Shown one piece after another: positions 18,700 to 28,378 of a DNA stretch of 64,000 nt. Location of the stretch: the NCBI GenBank assembly GCA_964598205.1, contig CAZRBB010000005.1, forward strand, positions 5,721-69,720, read 5' to 3'. Below the pieces are notes generated by a model, which did no database searches, was not told the origin of the DNA, and saw nothing but the letters and a program-made list of their open reading frames with translations. How positions within the stretch are numbered: the first letter of the stretch is position 1; the number at the start of each line of letters is the position of its first letter. The position numbers and the translations under genes are program-made. This stretch comes from an uncultured Candidatus Saccharibacteria bacterium (GTDB lineage: Bacteria > Patescibacteriota > Minisyncoccia > CAIUEV01 > JAHKAQ01).

Positions 18700-19035
18700 A
18701 TTTCAAAAATTATCTCTACATTCTTTCCCGAACTAATGTTCTTAGAGGAGGCTCCTTGTTCCCGCTAACAGAAAGAGATTAGAGGAATAACTGTTTCAAA
18801 CAGAAACAACTCAATTCTGTTTGAAACAGTTATTCCTCTAATCTCTAAAACCTTAAGCTTTTTAGGCAGAGTAAAACAGGAACAAGGTGGAGCGAGGCCC
18901 GGTCGAGGACGAGCGTACTCCGAGAAGGACATTGGTTCGGGAAAGAATGCTTAATTCAAAAAATTCCTTAATTAATACGCTTAAGCTTTTTCAAAATTAA
19001 TCATTTGAATTTTAATCAAAATTAGTAATTCAAAA
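18700..19035. repeat. Large palindromic intergenic element copy B, the reverse-orientation homolog of 12079-12400
   Basis: Identity to the reverse complement of copy A is about 85-90%. It includes the hairpin gagattagaggaataactgtttcaaacagaa-acaactcaat-ttctgtttgaaacagttattcctctaatctc, which carries compensatory stem substitutions relative to copy A. Confidence 0.8.
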
Positions 19036-19039
19036 TTTA

Positions 19040-20098
19040 ATGAAGGTCCTTTCCCTAGAAACTTCCTGCGACGAAACTTCTTTTGCCTTAGGAGAAATCA
19101 ATAAAAGAAGCGGGCAATTGCTCACCTCTACCACTTTGTCGCAAACCGAAACCCATCGCCCTTTTGGCGGTGTTGTTCCCAATCTTACCGCCAGAGAACA
19201 TCTTAAAAATTTTAAACCACTACTCAACAAAACTCTTAAAAAAGCTGGAATTGAACTTTCCCAGATTGATCTTTTTTCCGTCGCTGCCGGACCAGGGCTA
19301 ATTCCAGCACTCTTAGTTGGGGTAAGTATTGCCAAGGCTTTTTCTTTTTTCTACCAAAAACCACTCTTAGGGTTAAACCACTTAGAAGCCCATCTTTATT
19401 CCGGTTGTTTAGAAAAATCAGGCCGAATTAATCCGGAACTAAAATTTCCCGCTATTGCTCTAATTGTTTCCGGTGGCCACACTCAACTTGTTCTTTTGAC
19501 CGATTTTTTTAATTATCAAATATTAGGAGAAACCATTGACGATGCCTGTGGCGAAGCCTTTGACAAAGCCGCCAGAATTTTAAAGCTAGGTTACCCAGGT
19601 GGCGCAGCAGTCGCCATAGCCGCCGAAAAAGGAGACCCTCATCGCTTTAACTTTCCCCGACCCATGATTCAAAACCCCAATCTTAATTTTAGTTTTTCTG
19701 GCTTAAAAACCGCCCTTCTGTATCAAGCCCAAAAGGAATTTTCTCTGAAAAAACACAATCCCCAAACTGTTTACGATCTGGCAGCTTCTTTTTCCGCCGC
19801 CGCCCTAGAAGTTTTGATTAAAAAAACCGAACGCGCTAGTCAAAAATTCAAACCAAAAACCTTAATCTTAGGAGGAGGCGTTTCTGCTAATAAAAACCTA
19901 AGAAAAGACTTTCAAGAATTGGGGAGCAAACTTGGTTGTAACCTAAAAATCCCCCTTCTTTCGTTTGCCCAAGACAATGCCGCCATGCAATTGCCACTTG
20001 TCTTCTTTCTAAATCAAAAAGATAAAATCAAAAAACTAGAAACAGACTTTTCAAAGATAGAAGCGAAAGCTAATATGGAGTTGGTTAGCTTAGTCTAA
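19040..20098 (+). CDS. tsaD: tRNA N6-adenosine threonylcarbamoyltransferase TsaD (Kae1/YgjD family)
   Basis: 352 aa, MKVLSLETSCDETSFAL...GVVPNLTAREH... together with the HLEAH motif. Confidence 0.9.
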   Translation: MKVLSLETSCDETSFALGEINKRSGQLLTSTTLSQTETHRPFGGVVPNLTAREHLKNFKPLLNKTLKKAGIELSQIDLFSVAAGPGLIPALLVGVSIAKAFSFFYQKPLLGLNHLEAHLYSGCLEKSGRINPELKFPAIALIVSGGHTQLVLLTDFFNYQILGETIDDACGEAFDKAARILKLGYPGGAAVAIAAEKGDPHRFNFPRPMIQNPNLNFSFSGLKTALLYQAQKEFSLKKHNPQTVYDLAASFSAAALEVLIKKTERASQKFKPKTLILGGGVSANKNLRKDFQELGSKLGCNLKIPLLSFAQDNAAMQLPLVFFLNQKDKIKKLETDFSKIEAKANMELVSLV

Positions 20099-20110
20099 GT
20101 TTAAAGAATT

Positions 20111-20794
20111 ATGAAAAGATTTGTTATTTTGGATTGGGACGACACTCTAATGGACACCCATTCCTTTAAAGCCGAGCTTAATAAAATCTTAGCTAGTCTA
20201 AACATCTCTCCTAAAAAAGTAGAGCAGTTAGTTAATCAAAAATTTATAAAAGAACGACTCCCCTCTTTTATTTATTCTCCAGAATTTGTTGGAAACACCC
20301 TCCTAAAAGCCGGTCTTGTTGATTCAGAAAAAAAACGCCTGCTATTAGGAAAAATAAACACTAGTCTAAAAGAATCTTTTAGATTCCTGCCAGAATCTTC
20401 TATTAAATTTATTTTAGAATTAAAAAATGAGTTTAAAATAGAACCAATTATCCTTTCTTTTGGAGATCAAAAATTTCAGGAAAATAAAATTAAAAATAGT
20501 AAGCTTTTAGAAAAGATAGGACCACTAGAAACCCATATTATCCAAGAAAATAAAGCCAACTATCTTGCCAAAAAAATTATTCCCCAAAAAGGTAATCAAA
20601 AAATTCTTTATTTTATCAACGACAAAAAAGCAGAAAATAAAGAGGTGGAAGAAAAAACCAATATTAAGACAATTTTAAAACTTCCCTTTTACAAAGAAGG
20701 AAAAACTAAAAAACTAAAAACAGCAACGAGATTAGAAGGCCAGGGATATACTTGGAAAGAAATTTTAGCTAAACTTAAACAATCTCTTTCTTAA
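20111..20794 (+). CDS. Putative HAD-superfamily hydrolase
   Basis: 227 aa. The N-terminal ILDWDDTL matches HAD motif I (DxDxT). The remainder is weakly conserved. Confidence 0.4.
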   Translation: MKRFVILDWDDTLMDTHSFKAELNKILASLNISPKKVEQLVNQKFIKERLPSFIYSPEFVGNTLLKAGLVDSEKKRLLLGKINTSLKESFRFLPESSIKFILELKNEFKIEPIILSFGDQKFQENKIKNSKLLEKIGPLETHIIQENKANYLAKKIIPQKGNQKILYFINDKKAENKEVEEKTNIKTILKLPFYKEGKTKKLKTATRLEGQGYTWKEILAKLKQSLS

Positions 20795-20810
20795 ACCATT
20801 AATTATTTTT

Positions 20811-22637
20811 ATGTGTGGCATTATTGGTTATGTCGGAAAAAAACCAGCAACACCCCTTTTAATTGCCGGCCTTCGGCGCTTGGAATATCGTGGCTACGAT
20901 TCAGCAGGAATTGCACTTCTTTCGCAAGGAAAAATCACTCGCATTCGCTCTGTGGGTAATATCCAAAAATTAGAAGAAAAGATTGGAAAAAAAATCCTCA
21001 CAGGCACCACTGGCATTGCTCATACCCGCTGGGCTACCCATGGAGGAGTTACTCAGGCCAATGCTCATCCTCATTTTGGTCCTAAAGAACACATTGCCTT
21101 AGTGCATAATGGCATTATAGAAAACTATCAAGAATTAAAAGCCAAATATCTTAAAGATCATCAGCTCTCTTCTGAAACCGACACTGAAGTCTTGGCTCAC
21201 TTGATCGAGCTTTTTTGTGAAAAATTACCACTTAAAAAAGCAGTAGAAAAAACTCTAAAAAAAGTTCGCGGCACTTATGGTCTAGTAGTTTTTTCCAAAG
21301 ATGAACCAAATAAGATTATTACTGCCCGCCGTGGTAGCCCGATTGCTATTGGCGTTGGCGATGATGAATATTTTGTAGCTTCAGACGCCTCGCCGATTCT
21401 CCCTTATACCAGGAAAATAATTTACCTAGACGACGGCGAAATGGCAGAGATTACTCCTCAAAGTTGCGATCTGTTTAAAATTGGAGTCGGCTCTATTACT
21501 AAAGAAGCCGAACAAATAGAATGGAACACCGAAGAAACCCAGAAAGGTGGTTTCCCTACTTTTATGTTAAAAGAAATTTTTGAACAACCGGCCGTCTTTT
21601 TAGATGCTATTCGTGGCCGGATTAGAGACAAAGAAGCCTCTGCTAGAATGGGAGGTTTTAACATGACAGACGAACAATCAAGAAAAATAAAAAAAATTGT
21701 TCTTATTTCTTGTGGCACTGCTAATTACGCCGCCATGATTGGTAAATACTTAATAGAAAAAATTGCTCATATTCCCACAGAAGTTGAGATTGGTTCTGAA
21801 TTCCGTTATCGCAATCCAATAATCAACAAAAGCACTTTAGTTTTTGCTATTTCTCAATCCGGAGAAACTCTAGACACCTTAGCCTCCCTTAAAGAAGCAA
21901 AACGAAAAGGCGCCCAGGTCCGAGGAATTGTCAATGTAGTCGGCTCTACCATTGCTAGAGAGGCAGGAGCCGGAACTTACATTCATGCCGGACCAGAAAT
22001 GGCAGTCGCTTCTACTAAGGCCTTTGTTAATATGATCGCCATCCTTGTTCTTTACGCCCTTTACTTTGGTCGCCTTAAAAAAACCTCCTTCGAAACCGGC
22101 GAACATATTCTAAAAGCCCTAAAAGAAATCCCAGAAAAAATGAACCGCATCCTTGCTCAGGCAGAAACTATTAAAAAAATAGCTAAAAAATATAAGCGGT
22201 TTGGAAATTTTCTTTTCTTGGGACGAGGCTTAAATTATCCCATTGCCCTAGAAGGCTCTCATAAATTAAAAGAAATTTCCTACATTCATTCTGAAGCTTA
22301 CCCTGCCGGAGAAATGAAGCACGGCGTTAATGCTCTTCTTTCTAAAGACTTTCCGGTTCTTGGCATTGCCACACAAAACGGCCTCTACGAAAAAATGATT
22401 TCCAATTTAGAAGAAGTTCGTGCCCGTCGCTCTCCTCTAATTGCTTTGGCTTCCGAAGGCGATCAAGAGATTGGAAAAATTGCCAACGATGTAATTTTTG
22501 TTCCCAAGACATTAGAAATCTTAGAACCTCTTTTAAACACCGTCCCCTTACAACTTTTCGCCTATTACCTAGCCACTGAATTAAAAAGAGATGTTGACCG
22601 TCCGCGCAACTTGGCCAAAAGCGTTACCGTGGAATAA
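20811..22637 (+). CDS. glmS: Glutamine--fructose-6-phosphate aminotransferase
   Basis: 608 aa with the MCGIIGY N-terminal nucleophile Cys, two SIS domains and the C-terminal ...KSVTVE. Confidence 0.95.
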   Translation: MCGIIGYVGKKPATPLLIAGLRRLEYRGYDSAGIALLSQGKITRIRSVGNIQKLEEKIGKKILTGTTGIAHTRWATHGGVTQANAHPHFGPKEHIALVHNGIIENYQELKAKYLKDHQLSSETDTEVLAHLIELFCEKLPLKKAVEKTLKKVRGTYGLVVFSKDEPNKIITARRGSPIAIGVGDDEYFVASDASPILPYTRKIIYLDDGEMAEITPQSCDLFKIGVGSITKEAEQIEWNTEETQKGGFPTFMLKEIFEQPAVFLDAIRGRIRDKEASARMGGFNMTDEQSRKIKKIVLISCGTANYAAMIGKYLIEKIAHIPTEVEIGSEFRYRNPIINKSTLVFAISQSGETLDTLASLKEAKRKGAQVRGIVNVVGSTIAREAGAGTYIHAGPEMAVASTKAFVNMIAILVLYALYFGRLKKTSFETGEHILKALKEIPEKMNRILAQAETIKKIAKKYKRFGNFLFLGRGLNYPIALEGSHKLKEISYIHSEAYPAGEMKHGVNALLSKDFPVLGIATQNGLYEKMISNLEEVRARRSPLIALASEGDQEIGKIANDVIFVPKTLEILEPLLNTVPLQLFAYYLATELKRDVDRPRNLAKSVTVE

Positions 22638-22680
22638 ATTACAAATTTTGATTTCCGAATTTCGATTAAAATTAGAAAAT

Positions 22681-22790
22681 CAAAATTCAAAACAATTTAT
22701 AAATTATAATTTCAAGCTTTAGTCAAAATTCAAAACAATTTATAAATTATAATTTCAAGCTTTAATCAAAATTCAAAATTCGTAATTCAA
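22681..22790. repeat. 43-bp AT-rich tandem repeat (~2.5 copies)
   Basis: The unit caaaattcaaaacaatttataaattataatttcaagcttta(g/a)t occurs at 22681-22723 and 22724-22766, followed by a partial third copy. Confidence 0.85.
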
Positions 22791-22810
22791 AATTAAGGTT
22801 AAGCCCCCTT

Positions 22811-23830
22811 ATGAACAACAATCCCAATCAAAAATCTACCCCCAAAAACCTAGTATTAATCGGCGGTACCGGCGCCGCAGTGATTGGTAAAGTCGCCAAA
22901 AAAAATCCTAATTGGCTCGTTTCTCTTTTGGTTTCTTTGGTAGACGATGGCGGTTCTACTGGTCGCCTGTCTAAAACCCTAAACATCCCTCCGGTTGGCG
23001 ATATCCGTAAAGCCTTAGCTGCCCTTTCTACTTGGTCCCCCAAAGCCATTACCCATTTTGAAGCTCGCTTTCTAGACGGAGAATTGAAGTGCCACCCCTG
23101 GGGTAATCTATTTCTGGCAGGACTCCTGCTCCAAAACAAAGATATCAATCAAACATTAAAAAAAGCCCAAAAAATTCTAAAAACCAAAGGCCAAGTAATC
23201 ACCACCACCAAAGAACCGACCAAGCTCAATACTCGTTTTAAAAACGGAAAAGTAATTAAAGGAGAAAATAATTTAGATGAAAATAAAATCACCAGTTTTG
23301 GGCCACCGGTAGAATATTTCTTAACTACCCCCACACCCAAAGCCAACCCCAAAGCAACTCAAGCACTTAAAAAAGCCGACTGGATTGTCTTGGGGCCGGG
23401 AGATTTAGGAGCCAACACCATTGCCCCTATTCTAACCCCAGGCATTGCTAGTGCCATTCGCCAATCAAAAGCCAAAATAGTTTACATAGCTAATCTAATG
23501 ACAAAACTCGGAGAGACCGATCAATTAACCCTGTCCGACTGCTTGCGCCTAATAGAAAAAACCCTCCAAAGAAAAATTGATTACCTTCTTTTGAACCAAG
23601 CCCCTCTTCCCCAAAAAGCGCTCTCTCGCTACCATAAACAAGGAGAAGTTCCTTTTCCTTTAGATTTTTCTCTGCTTAAAAAAGAAAGCTATCAAGTTTT
23701 TTTGGCCGATCTTCTAAATCCCCAACCGCAAGAAAAATCCACCGCCGACAAGCTGCGTCGTAGTTTATTAAGGCATTCTGGAGAAAAAACTGTTCGCCTT
23801 CTAGATAAAATAATTAAAGAATTAAAATAA
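22811..23830 (+). CDS. YvcK/CofD-family protein (UPF0052, gluconeogenesis factor-like)
   Basis: 339 aa. LVLIGGTGAAV...VSLVDDGGSTGRLSK matches the YvcK/CofD GGGTG and DDGGSSG motifs. Confidence 0.75.
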   Translation: MNNNPNQKSTPKNLVLIGGTGAAVIGKVAKKNPNWLVSLLVSLVDDGGSTGRLSKTLNIPPVGDIRKALAALSTWSPKAITHFEARFLDGELKCHPWGNLFLAGLLLQNKDINQTLKKAQKILKTKGQVITTTKEPTKLNTRFKNGKVIKGENNLDENKITSFGPPVEYFLTTPTPKANPKATQALKKADWIVLGPGDLGANTIAPILTPGIASAIRQSKAKIVYIANLMTKLGETDQLTLSDCLRLIEKTLQRKIDYLLLNQAPLPQKALSRYHKQGEVPFPLDFSLLKKESYQVFLADLLNPQPQEKSTADKLRRSLLRHSGEKTVRLLDKIIKELK

Positions 23831-23838
23831 TAAACCCC

Positions 23839-24510
23839 ATGGAAAAAATTAATTTCGCTGACTTTTTTGGGGAAATTCCCCAGGAACTAAAACCACTTCT
23901 AGAAGAATCAAAAAATATCTGGGACATTTTTAAAAACCTGAATTCTTTTTTGGAATCTTTAGTCAAAGAGCAAAACGATACCGATAACCCCTCTTATTTT
24001 GGAAAAATCGGTGACGCCTATTTAGCAGAAAATGTTTTTATTGGCGAAGGAACTGTTGTTGAACACGGCGCCATGATCAAGGGTCCAACCTTTATTGGTC
24101 AAAATTGTCAAGTAAGGAGCGGCGCTTATATCCGCGGCGGCGTTTTTACCGGAGACAATGTGATTCTTGGCCACGCCACCGAAATTAAAAATTCTATTTT
24201 ACTTGAAGGCACCAATGCTGGCCATTTCAACTACTTGGGAGACAGCTTTTTAGGGAAAGAGGTCAATTTAGGTGCTGGCACAATTTTGGCCAACCTCCGC
24301 TTTGACAAGCAACCAATTGTTGTGGGAGATTTTAACACTGGCCTAAAAAAGCTTGGTGCCATCTTAGGAGATTATTCTCAAACAGGCTGCAACACCGTTC
24401 TTAACCCAGGAACTTTCTTTAAACCCAATACTTTTTATAGTGGCATGACCCTAAAAGGAGGAATCTATGACAAGGAAGCTATTAAAGAGATTATTCGGGC
24501 AAATAAATAA
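23839..24510 (+). CDS. Left-handed beta-helix (hexapeptide-repeat) transferase-family protein
   Basis: 223 aa. The C-terminal two-thirds consists of [LIV]-G-x-x-x-x hexapeptide repeats (IGEGTVV, IGQNCQV, LGHATEI, LGAGTIL...). Confidence 0.6.
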   Translation: MEKINFADFFGEIPQELKPLLEESKNIWDIFKNLNSFLESLVKEQNDTDNPSYFGKIGDAYLAENVFIGEGTVVEHGAMIKGPTFIGQNCQVRSGAYIRGGVFTGDNVILGHATEIKNSILLEGTNAGHFNYLGDSFLGKEVNLGAGTILANLRFDKQPIVVGDFNTGLKKLGAILGDYSQTGCNTVLNPGTFFKPNTFYSGMTLKGGIYDKEAIKEIIRANK

Positions 24511-24556
24511 TCGTCACTTATCCTAGAATTATTTTTCGTTTAATAATTAGAATTCC

Positions 24557-27223
24557 ATGGAACCTCGTTTTAATTTTCAAAAAGAAGAACCAAAAATTTA
24601 CTCTCACTGGGAAAAATCCGGCGCCTTTTCTCCAAAAAAAAACAAAAACCAAAACCGTTTTTCAATTGTTATGCCACCACCTAATGTTACCGGAACGCTC
24701 CACGCTGGCCATGGGCTTTTTCTGGCACTTCAAGACTTAATGACCCGTTACGCCAGACTTTTAGGTAAAGAGACTCTCTATCTCCCAGGCACCGACCACG
24801 CCGCCATTGCTACTCACGCCAAAGTAGAAAAAGAACTGTTTAAAAAATCCGGCCAAACTAGGCACGATTTGGGCCGAGAAAAATTCCTAAAAGAAATAGA
24901 AAAATTCGTTGAAGAATCCAAAAGCACCATTCATTCCCAAATCAGAAAAATGGGTACTTCTTGCGACTGGGACAAGGAAGCTTACACCATGGATGCTATC
25001 CGCAATAAGACCGTCCGGCTGATGTTTGTAAAAATGTACCACGACGGCCTAATTTACCAAGGAGAAAGAATTGTTAACTGGTGCCCCCGCTGCCACTCTA
25101 CCCTAGCAGACGACGAAGTGGAGCATCGCGAAGAAAAAGGAAAACTTTATTGGATTAAATACGGTCCATTTATCCTAGCTACCAGTCGACCAGAAACCAA
25201 GCTAGGCGACACCGCGGTAGCTGTTCACCCCAAAGACAAGCGCTATTCCAAGCTCGTTGATAAGGAGTTCATGATTAAAGGCGTTCTAGGAGAATTTAAA
25301 ATAAAAGTGGTCGCCGACTTAGCCGTAGATCCCCAATTCGGATCGGGTGCCATTAAAGTTACCCCTTCCCACAGTTTTACAGACAACGAAATTGCTCAAA
25401 GACATAACCTCCCCTACCGGCAAATTATCAATGAAGACGGGCGCATGATGCCTAACTGTGGTAAATACCAAGGACTCACCACCAAGGAAGCCAGAGAAGC
25501 AATTGTTCATGATATGGAAAAAATAGGAATCATGGATCACATTGAAGAAAATTATCTACATAATTTATCCGTTTGTTACCGTTGTGGCGAAACCATTGAA
25601 CCGATTCCTTCCAAACAATGGTTTGTGGCCGTTAGTAAAAAAAGTTCAGCAGTCGGCACCAAGAACAAACCTCTTTCCTTAAAAGAAAAAGCCCTAAAAG
25701 TTGTTAAAAACGGAGAAATCAAAATCGTCCCTGATCGTTTTAATAAAATCTATTTTCACTGGATCAAGAATTTGCATGACTGGTGCATTTCTAGACAAAT
25801 CTGGTTCGGTCACCGCATTCCCGCTTGGTACTGCCAAAAAGAACACGGTGGTTGTGGAGAAATAATCGTCGATTCCAAAACTCCCACCCATTGCCCAAAA
25901 TGCCAAAACACTAAGCTGATTCAAGACCCAGACACACTAGACACTTGGTTTTCTTCTGGTGCTTGGTCTTTCTCTACTTTTTACCAAAAAGAAAAAGAAG
26001 TAAAGCTTACCCCCAATGGACTTTTTGCTTCTACTCCACTTCTTTCCCGCTTCCACCCAACTTCAATTCTAGAAACCGGTTACGACATTCTACCTCTTTG
26101 GGTTTCTCGAATGATCCTAATGACCACCTATGCCAGAAACGAAGTCCCCTTTAAAACCGTTTACTTCCACGGCTTAGTCAAAGACAAGCTTGGCAGAAAA
26201 ATGAGTAAGTCCTTAGGTAATGGTGTTGACCCGGTAGAAATGATCCAAAAGTACGGCGCCGACGCCGTTCGCTTAGCCTTGGTCTTAAATAACGCTCCCG
26301 GAAACGACTTAAAAATTTACGAAGAAAAAATCAACGGCTATTCCAAATTCATTACCAAAATTTGGAACATTAGCCGCTTTATTTTAAAACAGGAGCCAAC
26401 CTTTGTTTCCAAAAAATTGATTCTAAAAACGCCCATCGACCATTATCTATTTTCTCGCTTCTCTGAACTAAAAAAATCCGTTAAAAAAGATTTAGACTCC
26501 TTTTGCTTTGCTTCTGCCGGCGAAAAATTAAAAGATTTTACCAAAAACGAATTTGCCGATTGGTACCTAGAAGCTTCCAAAGTAGAACCAGAAAAAAAGG
26601 AACTGTTAGGAGTAATTCTAAAAGAACTTTTAGTCCTTTGGCATCCCTTTATTCCTTTTGTTACCGAAGCTATTTGGAGTGAACTTCCTAGCGCTAAAAG
26701 AAGAGGCTTCTTGATGGCTGGCAATTTCCCTAAAGCTGACTCCCTTCCTATTGGCCAATCTAAAACAGCTCAAAGATTTAAAAAAGTAATGGAAATTACT
26801 CAAAAAATAAGAAGTTTAAGAAACTTACTCAACCTTTTGGAAAAAGAAAAACCAGCTTTATTTTTAAAATGTTCAGATAAAGAATTAAAGAAAGTTATTC
26901 TAATCACTGAACCACTTTTGCAAAAGCTCGCCGGCATTGATCAGTTCATCACCAAGAAAAAAGAAAAAGAAGAAGGTTTGCCGTTAACTTTTGGAAAAGG
27001 AACTATCACCATTTATCCTTCTAATAGCGCCGATTGGAAAGAACCATTAAGGCGCCTTAAAGAAGAAGCTCAACAATTAAAAAACCGCATCAACGGTCAA
27101 AAAAAGAAATTAAAAAACCAAGCCTTTTTAGAAAAAGCCCCAGCCATAATTGTTCAAAAAGAAAAAGACAAATTACTTTTTTGGGAAGAAAAATCAAAAG
27201 AGATTAGTGCTTTTTTAGGATAA
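24557..27223 (+). CDS. valS: Valine--tRNA ligase
   Basis: 888 aa with the class I motifs PNVTGTLHAGHG (HIGH) and KMSKSLGN, an editing domain, and a C-terminal coiled coil. Confidence 0.95.
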   Translation: MEPRFNFQKEEPKIYSHWEKSGAFSPKKNKNQNRFSIVMPPPNVTGTLHAGHGLFLALQDLMTRYARLLGKETLYLPGTDHAAIATHAKVEKELFKKSGQTRHDLGREKFLKEIEKFVEESKSTIHSQIRKMGTSCDWDKEAYTMDAIRNKTVRLMFVKMYHDGLIYQGERIVNWCPRCHSTLADDEVEHREEKGKLYWIKYGPFILATSRPETKLGDTAVAVHPKDKRYSKLVDKEFMIKGVLGEFKIKVVADLAVDPQFGSGAIKVTPSHSFTDNEIAQRHNLPYRQIINEDGRMMPNCGKYQGLTTKEAREAIVHDMEKIGIMDHIEENYLHNLSVCYRCGETIEPIPSKQWFVAVSKKSSAVGTKNKPLSLKEKALKVVKNGEIKIVPDRFNKIYFHWIKNLHDWCISRQIWFGHRIPAWYCQKEHGGCGEIIVDSKTPTHCPKCQNTKLIQDPDTLDTWFSSGAWSFSTFYQKEKEVKLTPNGLFASTPLLSRFHPTSILETGYDILPLWVSRMILMTTYARNEVPFKTVYFHGLVKDKLGRKMSKSLGNGVDPVEMIQKYGADAVRLALVLNNAPGNDLKIYEEKINGYSKFITKIWNISRFILKQEPTFVSKKLILKTPIDHYLFSRFSELKKSVKKDLDSFCFASAGEKLKDFTKNEFADWYLEASKVEPEKKELLGVILKELLVLWHPFIPFVTEAIWSELPSAKRRGFLMAGNFPKADSLPIGQSKTAQRFKKVMEITQKIRSLRNLLNLLEKEKPALFLKCSDKELKKVILITEPLLQKLAGIDQFITKKKEKEEGLPLTFGKGTITIYPSNSADWKEPLRRLKEEAQQLKNRINGQKKKLKNQAFLEKAPAIIVQKEKDKLLFWEEKSKEISAFLG

Positions 27224-27256
27224 ATAGAAAAAATAAATAGACTTCTACATAGAAAA

Positions 27257-27302
27257 AGAGGATTAGGCGTACAATTAAGTAAATACGCCATAATCCTCTT
27301 TT
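27257..27302. terminator. Putative bidirectional intrinsic terminator hairpin between valS and a convergent small gene
   Basis: The imperfect stem agaggattaggcgta / tacgccataatcctct is followed by TTTT. Confidence 0.45.
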
Positions 27303-27334
27303 AGCCGAACAAAAAACGGAAGATCAGATAAAGA

Positions 27335-27652
27335 TCAGATTGCGAAAAACTTATTCCGTTCTTCGTCCGGAACCTTTGTTCCGCAGATAGCACAAAAGTT
27401 GGCTAGCTGCGTAATTTTATGCCCATTCGGGCATTGCACACTTACATCTAATATTTGCTGCTTCCCGCACTCAGGGCAAAAATTTGCCTCGGGATCCCAA
27501 GTGGCATGCCGGCGGGATTCGAAATCGTTCTTATTTTCTCTTCGGATAATAAATATCCAAAGAAACACCCCCACCAAAAAAGTCATAATCACAAAAAACA
27601 TTAAGATGTAATCGAACATATACTTTCCTCCCTTAAAAAAATTAATGTGCAT
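27335..27652 (-). CDS. Hypothetical membrane-anchored zinc-ribbon protein
   Basis: 105 aa with an N-terminal TM helix and two CxxC pairs (CPECG...CPNGH; CAICG). Confidence 0.4.
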   Translation of the reverse strand: MHINFFKGGKYMFDYILMFFVIMTFLVGVFLWIFIIRRENKNDFESRRHATWDPEANFCPECGKQQILDVSVQCPNGHKITQLANFCAICGTKVPDEERNKFFAI

Positions 27653-27813
27653 TTTTCCGCTCTCCTGCCAGAAGACTTTTCTTCTGCCGAGCCATCCTTT
27701 ATGCCATAAAAAACAGCAAATGTAAACAAAATTAAAATAAAGACTTGATTGTTAAAAATCATTTTTATATAATGGGAGAAAGCCGAAAATAATTAGTAGC
27801 TTATTTTTTCCTC

Positions 27814-28368
27814 ATGGCCAAAACAAAACGCTCTTTCCTTCAGCGACTAATCGGTAAAGAAAGCGCCGAAGAAACTCAAGAAGTTAATTACCAAAACTTA
27901 GAAGAAAGCCAATCTTTTGAACCCCAGCCACTCCAAGAAAACATGGAAGTTCCCATAAACCAAGAAGCTGCTAGTTATCCGGCCATGGCTCAAGAGGAGG
28001 CTCCAGAACAAGGTCACAATTCCTGGGTTGCCGATCAAGAAGGCCAATTAACAATCGATGTTTACCAAACAGAAACCGAAATTGTAATTAAATCAACCAT
28101 TGCCGGAGTTAAACCAGAAGACCTAGATGTCCAAATCAATAACGACATGGTCACTATTAAGGGAGAAAGAAGGCAAGAAGAATTAGTTTCCGAAGAGAAT
28201 TATTATTATCAGGAATGTTATTGGGGATCTTTTTCCCGATCTATAATTTTACCGGTAGATATTCAAGCCAATAAAGCCGAAGCCGCCATGAAGAATGGCA
28301 TCCTAACCATTCGTCTACCAAAAACGGATTCTGCTCAATCCCGTAAAATTCAAGTAAGAGGATTTTAA
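27814..28368 (+). CDS. Hsp20/alpha-crystallin family small heat-shock protein
   Basis: 184 aa. The alpha-crystallin domain runs ...DVYQTETEIVIKSTIAGVKPEDLDVQINNDMVTIKGER...GILTIRLPK. An acidic N-terminal extension precedes it. Confidence 0.85.
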   Translation: MAKTKRSFLQRLIGKESAEETQEVNYQNLEESQSFEPQPLQENMEVPINQEAASYPAMAQEEAPEQGHNSWVADQEGQLTIDVYQTETEIVIKSTIAGVKPEDLDVQINNDMVTIKGERRQEELVSEENYYYQECYWGSFSRSIILPVDIQANKAEAAMKNGILTIRLPKTDSAQSRKIQVRGF

Positions 28369-28378
28369 GGTCGCTAAA

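Noticed and set aside
19030-19335. 101-aa minus-strand ORF overlapping the start of tsaD
   Set aside because: It is antisense to a conserved gene and uses a non-ATG start, so it is spurious.
22640-22800. Possible CRISPR array at the AT-rich repeats
   Set aside because: There are only ~2.5 contiguous 43-bp units with no unique spacers and no cas genes nearby, so this is a simple tandem repeat.
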